A stretch of DNA of 62,503 nt, from positions 1 to 62,503 of the forward strand of contig CAINCQ010000004.1 of the NCBI GenBank assembly GCA_903847095.1, read 5' to 3'. A program made the translations under genes and the position numbers. The number at the start of each line of letters is the position of its first letter. The stretch's first letter is position 1. The notes below the pieces were generated by a model. That model was not told the DNA's origin and did not search any database. It saw only the letters and a program-made list of their open reading frames with translations. Positions 59,918 through 62,503 of the stretch are shown piece after piece. This DNA comes from an uncultured bacterium. Lineage in GTDB: Bacteria; Patescibacteriota; Minisyncoccia; Minisyncoccales; UBA5738.

Positions 59918-59981
59918 AAACAGAAAATTGTCCGTCCGAGGCGGGTGCGCCTCTGGCGCAAGAAATTACGAAGTGAATTTT

Positions 59982-61394
59982 ATGCCCTCTATCTCTTTAT
60001 ATCTTCATTGCCATCAACCCCAGAGGATGAAACAGTACTCGGTTTTCGATATCGGGTCGCATAATCCTTATTTCGACGAGGCAATGAACGGCGCAATCCT
60101 GGAAAGGATCACCCAGAAAAGCTACTTGCCGACCAATAAAATGCTTTTGGGCCTTATTAAAAACTCTCAAGGAAGGTTTAAAGTGAGCATGAGCATTACG
60201 GGGGTGCTTTTGGAGCAGCTGGAAAAGCGGTTTCCGGCCGTGCTTAAAAGTTTTCAGGATTTGGTCGAGACCGGATGTTGCGAATTGGTTTGCGAAACAT
60301 ATTATCATTCGCTGGCCGCGCTTTATTCCAAGGATGAATTCGTGAGCCAGGTTGGTCTTCAGAAAAAAAAATTCCAACAGTTATTCGGTTTCACTCCCGC
60401 CGTCTTCCGGAACACGGAACTGATGTACACGAATTCGGTCGCCAAGACCGTTGAGGAAATGGGTTTTACCGGTATCTTGGCCGAAGGCTGGGAGAAAGTT
60501 TTGGGCTGGCGGTCGCCGAATTTCGTTTATCGCGCCAAGGATACTAATTTGGCGTTGCTGATGAGGAATTACCGCCTGAGCGACGACATTGCTTTCCGTT
60601 TTTCCAACCGCGGCTGGAAGGAATGGCCTTTGACTTCGGAGAAGTATGCCGATTGGGTTAACCAGACCAATATCGGCGACGCGGCGCAGACGATAAACTT
60701 GTTCATGGATTATGAAACTTTCGGCGAACACCAATGGGAGGAAACCGGGATTTTTAATTTTTTTGAGGCTTTCGTCTGGCGCGCCCTGGATCATCCGCAG
60801 AACAGTTTTAAAACCTTGTCGGAATTGATACAATTATATGAACCGGTAGATTATGTCGATGTGCCGCACGCGCTGTCCTGGGCGGATACGGAGCGGGATC
60901 TGAGTGCGTGGCTGGGCAATACGATGCAGCAGTCTGCGCTCGAACGGATTTACGCGCTGGAAAAACAGGTGAAGGGGTCCGGTGACGAAACAATTCTTGA
61001 TGACTGGCGGAAACTTCAGACTTCCGACCACTTCTATTATATGTGTACCAAGTGGTTTTCCGATGGCGACGTGCACAAGTATTTCAACCCTTATGAAAGT
61101 CCCTATGAATCCTATATTGCCTTCATGAACATCATTGGTGATTTGGAGATGAGGATCGAGAATGGTCTTCGCGGCAAAGACCAGGCCTTGCAGGACGAGA
61201 AACTGGTCCGCGAACCGGTCAAAAGACAAAGCCCAAAGACGATTTTAGAACAGAAAGGTCGTAAAGTTTATAATAAACGTAAGGCGCGCGAAACCATAGT
61301 GAAAAGCGCGCTTAAGAAAAAAAATGGCAAAAAAATTGACCACGCCGAAAAAAACATCATTCGAAGTGAGCGCGGAAAAGAGGTTCTGGCTTAA
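59982..61394 (+). CDS. Glycoside hydrolase family 57
   Basis: HCHQP, ETYYHSL, FRNTEL, DYETFGEHQW, SWADTERD, QTSDHFYYM. Confidence 0.93.
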   Translation: MPSISLYLHCHQPQRMKQYSVFDIGSHNPYFDEAMNGAILERITQKSYLPTNKMLLGLIKNSQGRFKVSMSITGVLLEQLEKRFPAVLKSFQDLVETGCCELVCETYYHSLAALYSKDEFVSQVGLQKKKFQQLFGFTPAVFRNTELMYTNSVAKTVEEMGFTGILAEGWEKVLGWRSPNFVYRAKDTNLALLMRNYRLSDDIAFRFSNRGWKEWPLTSEKYADWVNQTNIGDAAQTINLFMDYETFGEHQWEETGIFNFFEAFVWRALDHPQNSFKTLSELIQLYEPVDYVDVPHALSWADTERDLSAWLGNTMQQSALERIYALEKQVKGSGDETILDDWRKLQTSDHFYYMCTKWFSDGDVHKYFNPYESPYESYIAFMNIIGDLEMRIENGLRGKDQALQDEKLVREPVKRQSPKTILEQKGRKVYNKRKARETIVKSALKKKNGKKIDHAEKNIIRSERGKEVLA

Positions 61395-61629
61395 CGACGG
61401 AACGATTCTTTCCAGCTTAAAAGAATTGGATAATGCTTTTGGCAAGATGAATGAGTCCGTCTGGAAGCATCACGTGACCAAAGACAGGAATGATTTTGCG
61501 AATTGGGTCGAGGGCGTTTTCCAGGAAAAGAAACTGGGGTTAGCGATCCGAAAGGCGAAGACCGCGAAAGCGGCCGGAAAATTGGTAAGAAGCAAGGTTG
61601 AAGGCGCCCGGCTTTGGACGTTTTTTTAA
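61324..61629 (+). CDS. Small DUF5752-like protein
   Basis: FWLNDG..L.SLKEL, HHV....NDFANWV. Confidence 0.7.
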   Translation: MAKKLTTPKKTSFEVSAEKRFWLNDGTILSSLKELDNAFGKMNESVWKHHVTKDRNDFANWVEGVFQEKKLGLAIRKAKTAKAAGKLVRSKVEGARLWTFF

Positions 61630-61733
61630 AGCGGGCGGCGCGTTCCAAGCGGCGCGATAGTTGAGCGGGCCAAAATGGGACGCGCGAGTTTTGGTAGGAT
61701 ACGACTTGTATTTCAGTTTTTATTTAGGCCGAT

Positions 61734-62503
61734 ATGGAAGAAATAACAAAAAAAACAATCGCAGCGGAAGCCGATCTTGTTTTCGAGATTTCTTGGGAGG
61801 TTTGCAATAAAGTAGGCGGAATCAATACGGTTTTGGCGACCAAGGCGGTCCAGATGTTAAAAAATTACGGATCCGGATATTATCTCATCGGCCCTTATCT
61901 GGATAGCAGCGTCAAAAACCAATTCGAGGAACGCAAACCTGACCCGGAATTGCAGGATATCTTTGATTCTCTGGCCGGTGAAGGGGTGCGTTGTCATTTC
62001 GGCCGTTGGATAATCGATGGCGAACCCAAGGTCATTTTGGTTGATTTCAACGATCTGTGGAAAAACATCAACCAATACAAATGGGAGCTTTGGGACGCCT
62101 ACAAGATTGATTCGCTTAATTCTTCTCACGAATTTGAAGAACCGGTGGTTTGGGGTTTTGGCGTCGCGAAGTTATTGGAAAAGTTGCGAAAGTCTTATTC
62201 ATCCGAGAAGATCGTGGCCCATTTTCACGAATGGCTGGCGGGATCGGCCTTGCTGTTCACTAAAAAATTCGGAGTCAAGCTTGCTACGGTTTTTACGACC
62301 CACGCGACGTCTTTGGGGAGGAGCATGGCTTTTTCTAATATCGATTTTTACGGCATTCTTGACCAGATAGATCCGCAAAAAGAAGCTTATCGCTACGGAA
62401 TACCGGCCAAGCACCAATTGGAACGGGCCGCCGCCTTGGAATGCGATATTTTCACGACGGTTTCCGAGATCACGGGCGTGGAATGCGACCGCTTTTTGAA
62501 CCG
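61734..62503 (+). CDS. GT3-type glycogen synthase, 3'-truncated by the window edge; absent from the ORF track
   Basis: FEISWEVCNKVGGINTVL.TKA, GRWIIDGEP, AHFHEWLAG, VFTTHATSLGR, H.LERAAA...DIFTTVSEITG.EC. Confidence 0.92.
   Translation, partial: MEEITKKTIAAEADLVFEISWEVCNKVGGINTVLATKAVQMLKNYGSGYYLIGPYLDSSVKNQFEERKPDPELQDIFDSLAGEGVRCHFGRWIIDGEPKVILVDFNDLWKNINQYKWELWDAYKIDSLNSSHEFEEPVVWGFGVAKLLEKLRKSYSSEKIVAHFHEWLAGSALLFTKKFGVKLATVFTTHATSLGRSMAFSNIDFYGILDQIDPQKEAYRYGIPAKHQLERAAALECDIFTTVSEITGVECDRFLN

Noticed and set aside
61630..61700. tRNA or other ncRNA in the GC-rich spacer
   Set aside because: No T-loop or cloverleaf, only an imperfect hairpin.

Overview
This 62.5-kb window uses the standard bacterial code and has gene content typical of Patescibacteria/CPR (probably Parcubacteria; inferred from gene content, no marker gene present). 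It contains two tandem Cys-rich PKD/FN3 surface-protein genes, an L,D-transpeptidase, a SIMPL protein, an ECF sigma/anti-sigma pair before a MacAB-type ABC cluster, radC, mgtA, a PilB/GspE ATPase, a lexA-dinB cassette with an SOS-box palindrome, a TetR-MFP-RND efflux locus, a patatin-nuclease-PEP-utilizer-AlkD operon and the start of a glycogen cluster. Many small orphan genes sit between these, each with its own sigma70 promoter, strong SD and terminator. I saw no rRNA, tRNA, CRISPR array or transposase. Main leads: (1) an SPFH gene (41586-42395) whose -1 frame continues into an archaeal-type PGF-CTERM sorting tail, joined at an A_AAA_AAC heptamer followed by a hairpin; (2) an operon (4867-9743) of decayed P-loop kinase, J-domain/pseudokinase, vWA, pyruvate-kinase-like barrel and a PurA paralogue with altered substrate loops, a candidate modified-nucleotide or conflict system; (3) a 140-nt seven-hairpin element after dinB; (4) several decayed nucleotide/NAD genes. 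All calls come from reading motifs by eye; no searches were run.
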